DNA of 64,000 nt, taken from the NCBI GenBank assembly GCA_036495685.1, contig DASXMJ010000090.1:7908-71907 (forward strand). The letters run 5' to 3'. Shown piece after piece: positions 1-9,142 of the stretch. Positions within the stretch are counted from its first letter, which is position 1; each line of letters starts with the position of its first letter. A program made the translations under genes and the position numbers. Source of the DNA: Candidatus Binataceae bacterium. Its GTDB lineage: Bacteria; Desulfobacterota; Binatia; Binatales; Binataceae. The notes beneath the pieces were generated by a model that saw only the letters and a program-made list of their open reading frames with translations, ran no database searches and was not told where the DNA came from.

Positions 1-187
1 CTTCGGTCGCCTTTATCACCGCGGTGACCTTGTCGCCCTTTTTGAGCTTCATCTCCTCGGCGCTGTGCTTGGTGATGACCGATTCGACGAGGTTGTCTCC
101 GACTTTGACCGTGATTAGCGCGGTTATCGTCCCGAGCAGGACCTCGGTGACTTCACCCTTCAAATGATTGCGCGCACTGAGTGCCAT
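1..187 (-). CDS. mop: Molbindin / TOBE-domain molybdate-binding protein (3' end runs off the window)
   Basis: Hand-translated MALSARNHLKGEVTEVLLGTITALITVKVGDNLVESVITKHSAEEMKLKKGDKVTAVIKATE; SARN and SxIT...LKKGDKVxAxIKA Mop motifs; AGGAGG RBS; divergent from modA; absent from ORF track. Confidence 0.9.
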   Translation of the reverse strand, partial: MALSARNHLKGEVTEVLLGTITALITVKVGDNLVESVITKHSAEEMKLKKGDKVTAVIKATE

Positions 188-220
188 AGAAAATTCCTCC
201 TGTGCGTTTGGGCCAGCATA

Positions 221-258
221 ATTGTCACATCGCAAGAATAATGGCATATGGTGACGAT
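221..258. promoter_or_regulatory. Imperfect inverted repeat in the mop/modA divergent intergenic region, possible Mo-responsive operator
   Basis: ATTGTCAC-N22-GTGACGAT (7 of 8 complementary); cognate regulator not in window. Confidence 0.3.
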
Positions 259-294
259 CGCGCGAAACGCTACGGAGCGCTGTGACAGTCTGAC

Positions 295-1110
295 ATGAAG
301 AATAACGAATTCCGATTGCCACGCATGATGATCCTTGTCGTCGGCGTGATCCTGCTGTGCTGGTCTCCACTCGCAGCGCACGCCGAGACTCTCACGGTCG
401 CGGCCGCTGCCGATCTCACGTTCGCGTTCAAAGGCGTGTCGGCCCAGTTCCAGCAGCAGAGCACGGACCAACTGCGCATCTCATACGGTTCGTCGGGTAA
501 TTTCTTTTCCCAAATCAAGAACGGTGCTCCCTATGACGTCTTCTTCTCGGCAGATGTCCAATACCCGCAAAAGCTCGAAGCGGCTGGCTTGGTCGAGCCA
601 GGAACCATCTACAAGTATGCCGCCGGTAAAATCGTTATCTGGGTGCCTGCCGCCTCGAAGGTCGACCTGGGCCGCGGTCTCAACGCGCTGCTGGACCCGA
701 GCATACGCAAAATAGCGATCGCGAACCCCGAGCATGCGCCCTACGGGCGGGCGGCGGTGGCCGCGATGCGGCACGACGCTATCTATGACAAGGTCCAGGG
801 CAAAGTGGTGATGGGTGAAGATATCGCGCAGACGGCCCAGTTCGTGCAGTCGGGCAATGCCGACGTGGGAATTCTGGCGCTTTCGCTCGCACTCGCGCCG
901 CCAATGAGGGAGCGCGGACACTTCGTGATAATTCCACCCAATTACTATCCGCCGATTATCCAAGCTGCGTGCGTAATCAGGGCGACCAAGCAGCTAGCAT
1001 TGGCGAAGCGGTTCCTGGAGTTCATGAAACAACCCGCAACCGTCGCGAAAATGGAAGAATATGGCTTTGTCCTACCGACCGCCGTGGCGGACCCCGGGCA
1101 TCAGAAATGA
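295..1110 (+). CDS. modA: Molybdate ABC transporter substrate-binding protein
   Basis: Signal peptide, VAAAADL, YGSSG, DVFFSAD, IANPEHAPYG motifs. Confidence 0.95.
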   Translation: MKNNEFRLPRMMILVVGVILLCWSPLAAHAETLTVAAAADLTFAFKGVSAQFQQQSTDQLRISYGSSGNFFSQIKNGAPYDVFFSADVQYPQKLEAAGLVEPGTIYKYAAGKIVIWVPAASKVDLGRGLNALLDPSIRKIAIANPEHAPYGRAAVAAMRHDAIYDKVQGKVVMGEDIAQTAQFVQSGNADVGILALSLALAPPMRERGHFVIIPPNYYPPIIQAACVIRATKQLALAKRFLEFMKQPATVAKMEEYGFVLPTAVADPGHQK

Positions 1111-1787
1111 TCGAATGGCGTCCCATAGTTCTGACTTTCAAGCTGGCGGCCGTGGTGTGCAGCGTGCTGTTCGCGATCGGCATACCGATCGCATGGTGGT
1201 TGAGTTTTACGAAGTGGCGCTGGAAATTCATGGTCGAGTCGGTTGTTGCGCTGCCGCTGGTGCTGCCGCCGACCGTGCTCGGCTTCTACATCCTGGTCGC
1301 GCTCGGCTCCAACAGCCCGATCGGACGATGGTATAGCGATATTTTCGGACACGGACTGCCTTTCACCTTCACGGGGCTCGTGATCGCATCGGTCATCTAT
1401 AGCCTCCCCTTCATGGTGCAGCCGATGGCCAGCGCGTTTGCGCAGGTGGACCGCAGCCTGATCAACGCGTCATCGATCCTGGGGGCATCAGGGTGGCGTA
1501 CTTTCTTCAGGATCGTGCTTCCGCTGTCAGTGGGCGGTGTGGTGACTGGAATCGTGCTCAGCTTTGCGCACACGTTGGGCGAATTCGGGGTGGTGCTGAT
1601 GGTCGGCGGCAACATTCCCGGTGCGACCCAGACGATTTCGATCGCGATTTACGACAACGTGCAGGCACTGAACTATTCGGCGGCCAACCACATGGCCATG
1701 CTCCTGCTGGCCTTCGCCTTCATCGCCTTGTCGCTGACCTACGCACTCAACCGCAGGGTCTGGGCGGTGTGGCCGTTGCATCGTTGA
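1107..1787 (+). CDS. modB: Molybdate ABC transporter permease
   Basis: LPLVLPPTVLG, SLPFMVQP, FAHTLGEFG; ATGA overlap with modA stop (ORF-track start 969 over-extended). Confidence 0.95.
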   Translation: MIEWRPIVLTFKLAAVVCSVLFAIGIPIAWWLSFTKWRWKFMVESVVALPLVLPPTVLGFYILVALGSNSPIGRWYSDIFGHGLPFTFTGLVIASVIYSLPFMVQPMASAFAQVDRSLINASSILGASGWRTFFRIVLPLSVGGVVTGIVLSFAHTLGEFGVVLMVGGNIPGATQTISIAIYDNVQALNYSAANHMAMLLLAFAFIALSLTYALNRRVWAVWPLHR

Positions 1788-1914
1788 GGGGTATTGTGCA
1801 CGACTTGGCGCAAAAGCGGGATGGAATCCAGCGACAGGCGACTAAATTTATCCGCTGACCCGTTCTCTGGGAGGAAACGGCAGGCGACAGTAAACGTTCT
1901 TAGCGGGCGAGGGT

Positions 1915-3015
1915 TTGCAAATTCCTGACTCGGTTGTGTCCGTCAACGTCGCGCGGAGAACCTCGAGCACCTTTTCCTTGGCGGCAGATTTCGAGGCCCG
2001 TCCCGGCTTCACGATGGTTCTGGGACCTTCCGGCAGTGGCAAGACGACCCTGCTGGATTGCATCGCAGGGTTCGCGCGGCCCGACTCGGGGCGAATCGCG
2101 ATTGGTGAAAGTGTCCTGTTCGATGCCGCCGCGCAAATCGATATACCCGTGGCGCAGCGCCGGCTCGCTTATCTGTTTCAGAGCCTCGCGCTGTTTCCCC
2201 ACCTTAGCGTCGAGCAAAACGTCAAGTACGGGATAGCTAAGCTCGCCGCGCCCGAACGCGAGCGCCGCATGCGGTCGCTGCTCGAATCGTTTCGCATTAC
2301 TCAGCTGCGCGACCGAAAGCCGGGGGAGATTTCCGGGGGTGAACGTCAGCGGGTCGCGCTGGCGCGCGCGCTGGTGACCGACCCGGTGCTGCTGCTGCTG
2401 GATGAACCGCTGACGGCGCTCGATCTCTCGACCAAGTCGAAAATCCTGGATGATTTGAGACGTTGGAACTCGGCGCATCGCATTCCGATCCTCTACGTAA
2501 CCCACGCGCCGCAGGAAGCATTCGCGCTGGGCGAGCGCGTGCTCGTGTTGGAAGGCGGGAAGTTGATCGCGCAGGGAATGCCGCACCAGATCCTGAAGTG
2601 GCCCCGCAGCGAGACGATCGCCCAGATAGTGGGATTCGAGAATGTGTTTGATGCAACCGTCGTCTCCTTGAGCGAAGCGCAGGGCACCATGCTGTGCCGG
2701 GTGGGAAGAAATCAACTGGTTCTTGAAGTGCCCCTGACCGGCACCGCGGTCGGTGCCCCGGTACGCATCGCGGTCCGAGCGGGAGATATAATGTTGGCTG
2801 GAGAGCGTCCCCATCGCCTGAGTGCGCGCAACACTTTTGAAGGGCGGGTCATCGAGGTTCGCCGCGCGGGGGTTACGGTGGTCGTGATGGTCGATTCCGG
2901 GGTAATCTTGGAGGTCCATGTAACGCCCGCGTCCGCGGAGGAACTTAAGCTCGCGCCTCAGCGGCCGGTGTGGCTGGTGCTCAAGACATATTCCTGCAGC
3001 CTGGTCGAGCGTTAA
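1915..3015 (+). CDS. modC: Molybdate ABC transporter ATP-binding protein with C-terminal TOBE
   Basis: Walker A GPSGSGKT, ISGGERQRVALARAL, LLLDEP, C-terminal LSARN TOBE. Confidence 0.92.
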   Translation: MQIPDSVVSVNVARRTSSTFSLAADFEARPGFTMVLGPSGSGKTTLLDCIAGFARPDSGRIAIGESVLFDAAAQIDIPVAQRRLAYLFQSLALFPHLSVEQNVKYGIAKLAAPERERRMRSLLESFRITQLRDRKPGEISGGERQRVALARALVTDPVLLLLDEPLTALDLSTKSKILDDLRRWNSAHRIPILYVTHAPQEAFALGERVLVLEGGKLIAQGMPHQILKWPRSETIAQIVGFENVFDATVVSLSEAQGTMLCRVGRNQLVLEVPLTGTAVGAPVRIAVRAGDIMLAGERPHRLSARNTFEGRVIEVRRAGVTVVVMVDSGVILEVHVTPASAEELKLAPQRPVWLVLKTYSCSLVER

Positions 3016-4575
3016 GTGCAAAAATCGATTAGCGCTGTGAGACCGTCGGTCCGGATGCTGTCCGGATTACTGGTGTTGGTGATTGCGATGGCAAATGGCG
3101 AAAACCGCGGCTACGGCGACATGAGCGCACCCGAAATTGCACGCCCCGGCCTGGAATGGTTCAACGTCGCAGCGCCGCTGCCGATAGCAAGTCTGCGCGG
3201 CCGGGTCGTCATTCTCGATTTCTGGACCGAAGGATGCATCAACTGCATGCATATCATTCCCACGCTGCGGCGGGTGGAAGAGAAGTTCCCCGAGCAGGTC
3301 GTGGTTATCGGGGTGCATTCGCCAAAGTTTGCCAACGAGAAGAACGCGGCCAGCGTGAAAGATGCGATCAGCCGTTACGAGATTCGTCATCCGATTATTC
3401 ACGATCCTCAAATGACGATCTGGCGCAATTACGGGGTCCAGGCGTGGCCCACCCTTATAGTCATTGGCGCCGACGGCGAGGTGGTTGGCAAAATACCCGG
3501 CGAGCCTGATCCGGATCGGCTGCTCGAGGCGATCGACAACCTGGTGAAGAACGATCAGCAGGGCGGAACCTTGAAACCGGCAAGGTTGGACCTCCAGCTG
3601 GTGGCAGAACCCAAGGGGCGTTTTCTTTTTCCCGGAAAGCTAAAAAAGGTCCCCGGCGGGCAGAAGCGTTGGGCGCTGGCTGACGGCGGACACAATCAGA
3701 TCGTGTTGCTCGACGATAGTGGCAAAGAGCTAGGGCGCTATGGGAGCGGCCAGGCGGGGTTGCTGGATGGAGCCCGGGAACAGGCGCGTTTAAACCATCC
3801 GCAGGGACTGGCAGCTTCGAGCGACACACTCTACGTGGCGGATACCGAGAATCACGCGATCCGGCGCATCGATTTGGCGAGTGGCGCGGTGACGACACTG
3901 GCGGGAACTGGAAGGCGAGGTTTGCCGCTGGGAAAAGCGCGGCCGGGGCCTACCACGGCCCTCGCCTCGCCCTGGGATCTGGAAATCAAGGGCAACCAGC
4001 TCTTTTTCGCGAATGCCGGAACTCATCAGATAGGTGTGCTTGATCTGCAGACCAACCAGGTGGCGCGCTTTGCCGGCACCGGCGAGGAAGCGCTTACGGA
4101 CGGACGCGCCTCGGAGGCGGCCCTGGCGCAGCCGAGCGGACTGGCGCTCAGCGCGGATGGCAAGAATCTCTACCTCGCAGACAGCGAGAGCTCGGCGCTG
4201 CGCGTGATCACGCTTTCAGATGATCCGCGCCTGATCACGCTGGTGGGAGCGGGCCTGTTCGATTTCGGATGGGTGAACGGTGACTTTCGGCACGCGCGCT
4301 TGCAACATCCACTGGGGGTGGCCTGCGACGGCGACCGGGTGCTGGTGGCCGACACCTACAACAGTACGATCCGTGCGCTGGATTTGGACACCCGGATGGT
4401 CGCAGATTTTGACGGCGGGAAATTTACCTGCGTCGATCCAATCTGCGTGCCGAGCCGCGAGCCGGCGGGAATTGCGGTCGACTCGCCGGATCGCATTCTA
4501 CTGGTCGATACCGGCAACCACCGAATCGACGAGTATCGGCCCTCTTCCAAGACTTACCACACTTGGGCGCGTTGA
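3016..4575 (+). CDS. Exported thioredoxin-like + NHL-repeat beta-propeller protein (NHLRC2/SOQ1-like)
   Basis: LDFWTEGCINCMH, VIGVHSPKF, WPT, repeated NHPQG/LAQPSG/LQHPLG and VADT NHL repeats; hydrophobic N-terminus. Confidence 0.88.
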   Translation: MQKSISAVRPSVRMLSGLLVLVIAMANGENRGYGDMSAPEIARPGLEWFNVAAPLPIASLRGRVVILDFWTEGCINCMHIIPTLRRVEEKFPEQVVVIGVHSPKFANEKNAASVKDAISRYEIRHPIIHDPQMTIWRNYGVQAWPTLIVIGADGEVVGKIPGEPDPDRLLEAIDNLVKNDQQGGTLKPARLDLQLVAEPKGRFLFPGKLKKVPGGQKRWALADGGHNQIVLLDDSGKELGRYGSGQAGLLDGAREQARLNHPQGLAASSDTLYVADTENHAIRRIDLASGAVTTLAGTGRRGLPLGKARPGPTTALASPWDLEIKGNQLFFANAGTHQIGVLDLQTNQVARFAGTGEEALTDGRASEAALAQPSGLALSADGKNLYLADSESSALRVITLSDDPRLITLVGAGLFDFGWVNGDFRHARLQHPLGVACDGDRVLVADTYNSTIRALDLDTRMVADFDGGKFTCVDPICVPSREPAGIAVDSPDRILLVDTGNHRIDEYRPSSKTYHTWAR

Positions 4576-4640
4576 GAGCGCGAGACCCGAGAGAAATTCC
4601 TTAGGGCTCCGGCGGCACGGTCGTCCACGGAGGTTTCAGC

Positions 4641-4674
4641 TTTATGATATTCACAATCTTGTGAAAGTTATAAA
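4641..4674. promoter_or_regulatory. Palindromic operator upstream of the GbsR/MarR gene (likely autoregulatory)
   Basis: Perfect TTCACAA-TC-TTGTGAA (4650-4665) flanked by TTTAT...ATAAA. Confidence 0.65.
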
Positions 4675-4694
4675 AATCTGATATCGAAGAGACC

Positions 4695-5222
4695 GTGGTT
4701 TCTAGAGTCCCGTCTACCCGCAAGGCCGAGGTGGTTTCGCAATTCGTCGAGAAGTTTGCCGCGGTGCTTACCGAGAGCGGGTTTCCGCGTATGCCCGCGC
4801 GGCTATTTGCCGCGCTGCTGGCCAGTGATTCCGGAACGATGACCGCCTCGGAACTGGTCGGGTTGCTGCGAATCAGTCCGGCCGCGATTTCCGGAGCAGT
4901 CCGCTATCTCACGCAGGTGAATCTAGTCAGCCGCGAGCACGAGCCGGGGTCACGGCGCGAGCGCTACCGGGTTCACAGCGACGTCTGGTACGAGGCGATG
5001 GCGCGGCGTGACCGGGTGCTGTCGCGCTGCGAACAGAGCCTGCGGGAAGGGATCGAGCTCTTGGGCCGCAACACGGGAGCGGGCGCGCGGATGGCGGAGA
5101 CGCTCGCGTTTTTCGAATTTATCCAAGCGGAATTGCATTCGCTGCTCGACCGTTGGCGCGAACGTAAGCGGCATCTGAATTTTGGCGGCAGAAGAACCGT
5201 TCGAGCAATCAAGCGGAGGTGA
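4695..5222 (+). CDS. GbsR/MarR-family transcriptional regulator
   Basis: GFPRMPARLFAALL, LTASEL..L.ISPAAISGAVRYL, PGSRRERY winged HTH. Confidence 0.88.
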   Translation: MVSRVPSTRKAEVVSQFVEKFAAVLTESGFPRMPARLFAALLASDSGTMTASELVGLLRISPAAISGAVRYLTQVNLVSREHEPGSRRERYRVHSDVWYEAMARRDRVLSRCEQSLREGIELLGRNTGAGARMAETLAFFEFIQAELHSLLDRWRERKRHLNFGGRRTVRAIKRR

Positions 5223-5684
5223 CCGTCGTGGCGTTGTTGAGAATGAAAATTCTGCTGGCTCTGTATATCGCATACGCGCTGCTTAAGTTTTTCGATTTCT
5301 TCTATCAAAGCTACGAGCGCAGGATCGGCGCGATTCGCTCCGCGTACGCGAATGATGCGCGCGCCATCAAGGCGTTCGATAGCGTCGTGCTGGTTCTCAT
5401 GGTGGTCCTAGTAGCGCTGCTGTTCTGGTCGGGCGTTGAGTACCTGAGCTTGTACGACGGGACTTCTGGTCGGGTCCACTCTGATCCAGGTCTATTTTCA
5501 TCGTTTTTGCGCGCCCCTGCCTGCGGACAAAGCGCCGGAGCCGCCGGTGTCGGCGATCAAGCTGATGTCGTATGCGATTCAGGCAAATCCCGAGAAGCCG
5601 TGGCGCGAGCTCGCGTTTCTGACGGTTCTGTTCGTCTGGGCGCTGTACCGCATTTTCACCCAGGGCTTCGGCCTGGCGTCATAG
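5219..5684 (+). pseudogene. Small membrane protein with an apparent +1 frameshift near 5450
   Basis: Hydrophobic frame to ..GVEYLS, continued in a shifted frame TTGLLVGSTLIQVYFHRF...WRELAFLTVLFVWALYRIFTQGFGLAS* (TAG 5682-5684). Confidence 0.6.
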
Positions 5685-5716
5685 CCTGTGAGACGCCCTC
5701 CGCAGTGAGGTCCACA

Positions 5717-6400
5717 ATGTTAATACTCAAATTGATCGGCGGTGCGATCGCACCCGTGATTCTTTGGGGTGCCCTGCTCTTCCTGCCGGCCGGAACGGTC
5801 GCGTGGTGGCAAGCCTGGGTTTTTCTCGCGGTGGTCTTGGCCTGCAGTGCGGCAACCATGGTGTGGGTATTCGCGACCAACGAGGCGCTGCTCAACGAGC
5901 GCTACGGCAGCCCGCTTCAGAAGGGACAGCCGTTGGCCGATAAGATCGTAGCGAACATCTTTGTGCTCTCGTTTTTCGCGGTGATTTTGTTCATCCCATT
6001 GGACGTGTTCCGCTTTCATGCGCTCCCGCCACCGCCGCCCATCGTCGCTTTCGCGGGCCTAGGTCTGTTCGTGGGCGGATGGCTGCTAATCGCGATCGCG
6101 ATGCGCGAGAACACCTTTGCCGCGCCAGTGGTAAAGCACCAGGAGGAAAGGCATCAGGAAACGATCAAGACCGGGGCCTATGCGATCGTGCGGCATCCGA
6201 TGTACACGAGCGTGATGCTACTGACACCGGGAATGGCGATTTGGCTTGGTTCGTACGCGGCCGCGTTACTTTCGATCGTACCAATTGTGTTGGTCGCGGT
6301 TCGGATTATTTTCGAGGAGCAGTTCTTGCGGCGCGAGTTGCCTGGTTACGAGGACTATACGCGTCAAGTGCGGTACCGGATGGTTCCGTTTGTCTGGTAG
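5717..6400 (+). CDS. Isoprenylcysteine carboxyl methyltransferase (ICMT/PEMT) family membrane protein
   Basis: MRENTFAAPVV, TGAYAIVRHPMY, RIIFEEQFLRRELPGYEDY..VRYR..PFVW; own ATG with GAGG RBS. Confidence 0.88.
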   Translation: MLILKLIGGAIAPVILWGALLFLPAGTVAWWQAWVFLAVVLACSAATMVWVFATNEALLNERYGSPLQKGQPLADKIVANIFVLSFFAVILFIPLDVFRFHALPPPPPIVAFAGLGLFVGGWLLIAIAMRENTFAAPVVKHQEERHQETIKTGAYAIVRHPMYTSVMLLTPGMAIWLGSYAAALLSIVPIVLVAVRIIFEEQFLRRELPGYEDYTRQVRYRMVPFVW

Positions 6401-6688
6401 GTGGAGGCTCGGATTGGTTGGTCTCGGGCCCGCCATGACCAGCGCTTAAGTTCTTAGGTCATAAGCGAACGCCTAGGAAATTCGAGCTCCTTCCTCCGGA
6501 TAGACCCGGGTTCCAGGTAAATCGGGAATCCGGCCCAAATCTGAGGGGACGTCGCTGATCGTCAGGCGGTAGGGACTGGGTCGCGCGAACCAAGCACCTT
6601 TATGGAGCGGGCCGTGATAGATGCAGCTGGTTCCATTCCGAACGGAAGCTTCGAAGGGCTTTTCAAAGGAATGAGCTCGGAGCAGGGG

Positions 6689-6717
6689 TTGACAAACACG
6701 TAACCTGAGAGTTACGT
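6689..6717 (+). promoter_or_regulatory. Sigma70 -35 box followed by a perfect 7-6-7 operator upstream of the GST
   Basis: TTGACA (6689-6694), then ACGTAAC-ctgaga-GTTACGT (6698-6717). Confidence 0.65.
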
Positions 6718-6743
6718 ATTAGGCCGCCAGGAGGCGATTCACT

Positions 6744-7358
6744 ATGAAACTTTACTATTTTCCATCACCCAACCCGCAAAAAGTTCGCTTTGCGCTCAAC
6801 GAGCTTGGGCTCGAGTGCGAGACGGTGCCGGTCGATCTGATCAAGCGCGAGCAGCGCACGAGCGAATTCCTCGCCCTGAATCCGTACGGGCGGGTACCCG
6901 TGCTGGTTGATGGGGATCTGAACCTGTGGGAATCGCACGCAATCCTCGCTTATCTGGGCGAAAAGACGGGGAGGCTGTGGCCTACTACCACCGCGGGGCG
7001 GGCGGACGCGCTCCGCTGGCTCTTCTTCCTGACCAGCGCGATTTCTCCCCCCGCCACCGAGGTAGCGTACAATCGGATCGCAGTAAAATTGGCGGGCGGG
7101 ACACCCGATGAAGCCGCGATCGCGCGCGGCGAGAAGGCGTTGCCCCCCACGATTGAGGTCGTCGAGCATCATCTCGCCAACCACAAATGGATGCTCGGCG
7201 CGGATTTCTCGCTGGTCGATTGCGACTACGGCCCGACCTTCAACGTGCTCGAGAAAGCCGGCTTCAGCTTCGCCGATTTTCCGAAGGTACACGCTTACCT
7301 TGATGCGACCCGTGCGCGTCGCGCCTGGCAGGAGACCCCGAGGTTGCCGGGGCTCTGA
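6744..7358 (+). CDS. Glutathione S-transferase
   Basis: PSPNPQKV, LNPYGRVPVL, LWESHAI, FSLVD motifs. Confidence 0.92.
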   Translation: MKLYYFPSPNPQKVRFALNELGLECETVPVDLIKREQRTSEFLALNPYGRVPVLVDGDLNLWESHAILAYLGEKTGRLWPTTTAGRADALRWLFFLTSAISPPATEVAYNRIAVKLAGGTPDEAAIARGEKALPPTIEVVEHHLANHKWMLGADFSLVDCDYGPTFNVLEKAGFSFADFPKVHAYLDATRARRAWQETPRLPGL

Positions 7359-7431
7359 TTTCTTTTCCGAGCGCGTGCGAACCCCCGCTCGGTATAGATT
7401 CGCCTCCCGGGTCTGCTAGACAAAGGGGGAC

Positions 7432-8448
7432 ATGAGCAGGCAGCGCAAGGTTGTTTCACTCGCTCCGGCGGGGCTCAATTTCATTTTCGACCCGATTGTC
7501 GCGGGACTGCGCGCGCGCGGATATCAGGTTACTCATTTCACCGACTTCACGGAATTCGACCGGGTGTCGGACGCGGTGTTGAAAGATGCCGAGGCTTTCG
7601 TAGTGCTCAGCAACTTCCCGTGCGGGAAGGCCCTGATGAAGAAAGCCCCGCAACTGCTCGGGATCGTGTCGCCATTCATTGGAACGGAGGGGATCGACGA
7701 AGTTGCGGCGACCGAGCTCGGAATCATGGTCGCCAATGGCCAGGTGCCGGAAAACGTCCTCAGCATGTCCGAATCGACCATCATGCTTATCCTGGTTTCG
7801 TTCTATTCCCTGCACTGGTGGCAACAGCAGTTACACGAGAACCGGCCCCATCCCGCGCAGGTTCCGGGCAGAATGATACGAGGCCGGACGCTTGGAATGA
7901 TTGGATGCGGCCAGATTGCCCGCGGGATCGCAGCGCGTCTGGCTGGATGGGAAATTCAAGTGCAGACCTACGTTCCGCGAGTGCGTACCCCGTTGCCCTC
8001 CGGGGTAAAACGGGTCAGCCTAGAGGAATTGTTGCAGACCAGCGATGTGGTTTGCGTGCTGGCGCCGCTTAGTGCCGAGACCCGGGGCATGCTTAATTTC
8101 GAGCGCTTGCGGCTGATGAAACCTGATGCGGTCCTGATTAATACGGCGCGCGGCGGAATTGTAGATGAGGCGGCGCTGGTGCGGGTCGCACGCGAGCGTC
8201 CCAGCCTGAGAATCGCGATAGACACGTTTGCGGAAGAGCCTCTGCCACCAGACAGTGCCTTGCGAGCGCTACCGAACGCGATTCTGACACCGCACGCGAT
8301 CGGGCACACCCAGGAGAGCATCAACGCATTGCCGACGGCGGCGATCGAAAACGTCTCGCGAATCCTCCAGGGAGAACTTCCACCCTACCTTCGCAATCCC
8401 GACGTAATCCCGCAGTGGCGACGCCGGTTTGCGACAGAACAGCAATAG
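7432..8448 (+). CDS. D-isomer-specific 2-hydroxyacid dehydrogenase (SerA-like)
   Basis: GMIGCGQIA, LINTARGGIVDE, DTFAEEP, LTPH catalytic motifs. Confidence 0.88.
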   Translation: MSRQRKVVSLAPAGLNFIFDPIVAGLRARGYQVTHFTDFTEFDRVSDAVLKDAEAFVVLSNFPCGKALMKKAPQLLGIVSPFIGTEGIDEVAATELGIMVANGQVPENVLSMSESTIMLILVSFYSLHWWQQQLHENRPHPAQVPGRMIRGRTLGMIGCGQIARGIAARLAGWEIQVQTYVPRVRTPLPSGVKRVSLEELLQTSDVVCVLAPLSAETRGMLNFERLRLMKPDAVLINTARGGIVDEAALVRVARERPSLRIAIDTFAEEPLPPDSALRALPNAILTPHAIGHTQESINALPTAAIENVSRILQGELPPYLRNPDVIPQWRRRFATEQQ

Positions 8449-8551
8449 GCACTCCGATTACGACCCAGTAGCGATTTGTGAATGGAGAATTCGGCGCCAA
8501 CCCGGAGAGCGGCGCGACCAATCCTAGTCCGCGGATCTTACTTTTATGGTC

Positions 8552-9010
8552 CTACGCCGCAGACTTCTTTTCGGCATCGTATTGCGCCTGGATACGGCGC
8601 AGTTCTTCCCAGCTAAGGTAGGAAGTGAAGCCATTGTCGTTGAAGAACAGCACCGGGCCGTTGCAGATAAACAGATATTCGGTGTCTTCGAGGGCGGTGG
8701 TCGCGCCGTGCACCATCCCGTTGGCCTCGTAGACGTAGTCGCCCGCGTTCAGTAGTCCGGTACGGACCTGGAGCTTGCCCGAGAGAATAAAGGTATGCGA
8801 CGGGCTGAGGTGCTTGTGCTGCGGGGCGACGTAGCCTTTGAGCCATTTGAGCAAGACCGCCCAGGTGCCGGACTCCGAACCGGTCCAGAGAATTTTCATG
8901 AACGCCCGTTTGGGATCATCGGCGGAGGGAATCCAATCCATCTTTCCTGCTTCGACTAGCGTGTCCATCAACTCGGAATTGAACGGGCGAATGTCCTGGG
9001 GAAGCGGCAT
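8552..9010 (-). CDS. Cupin dioxygenase, Dke1 (acetylacetone-cleaving)/DAD-like
   Basis: SGTWAV..., HxH (QHKH), GKLQVR, YExxGxxHG, NGPVLFFNDNG...SW. Confidence 0.7.
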   Translation of the reverse strand: MPLPQDIRPFNSELMDTLVEAGKMDWIPSADDPKRAFMKILWTGSESGTWAVLLKWLKGYVAPQHKHLSPSHTFILSGKLQVRTGLLNAGDYVYEANGMVHGATTALEDTEYLFICNGPVLFFNDNGFTSYLSWEELRRIQAQYDAEKKSAA

Positions 9011-9142
9011 GATGTGTCTCCTTCGCGTCGGGCCTGCCGGATGGTTAGTCCGAAAATGCCGAATTATCAAGCCAGCAGTAAAATTCCCAAGTTTCCGTGG
9101 TGCGGAAAGCTTGGACCTCCGGAATCCGCGGATTCTCTGCTC

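Noticed and set aside
1900-3021. Long antisense ORFs (also 11082-12365, 24446-26098, 31509-32381, 41721-42632, 62406-63245)
   Set aside because: Shadow frames of well-supported genes in GC-rich DNA; no motifs
5219-6400. 393-aa ORF read as one fused membrane methyltransferase
   Set aside because: A frameshift near 5450 makes a spurious read-through; the downstream ICMT has its own RBS and ATG at 5717
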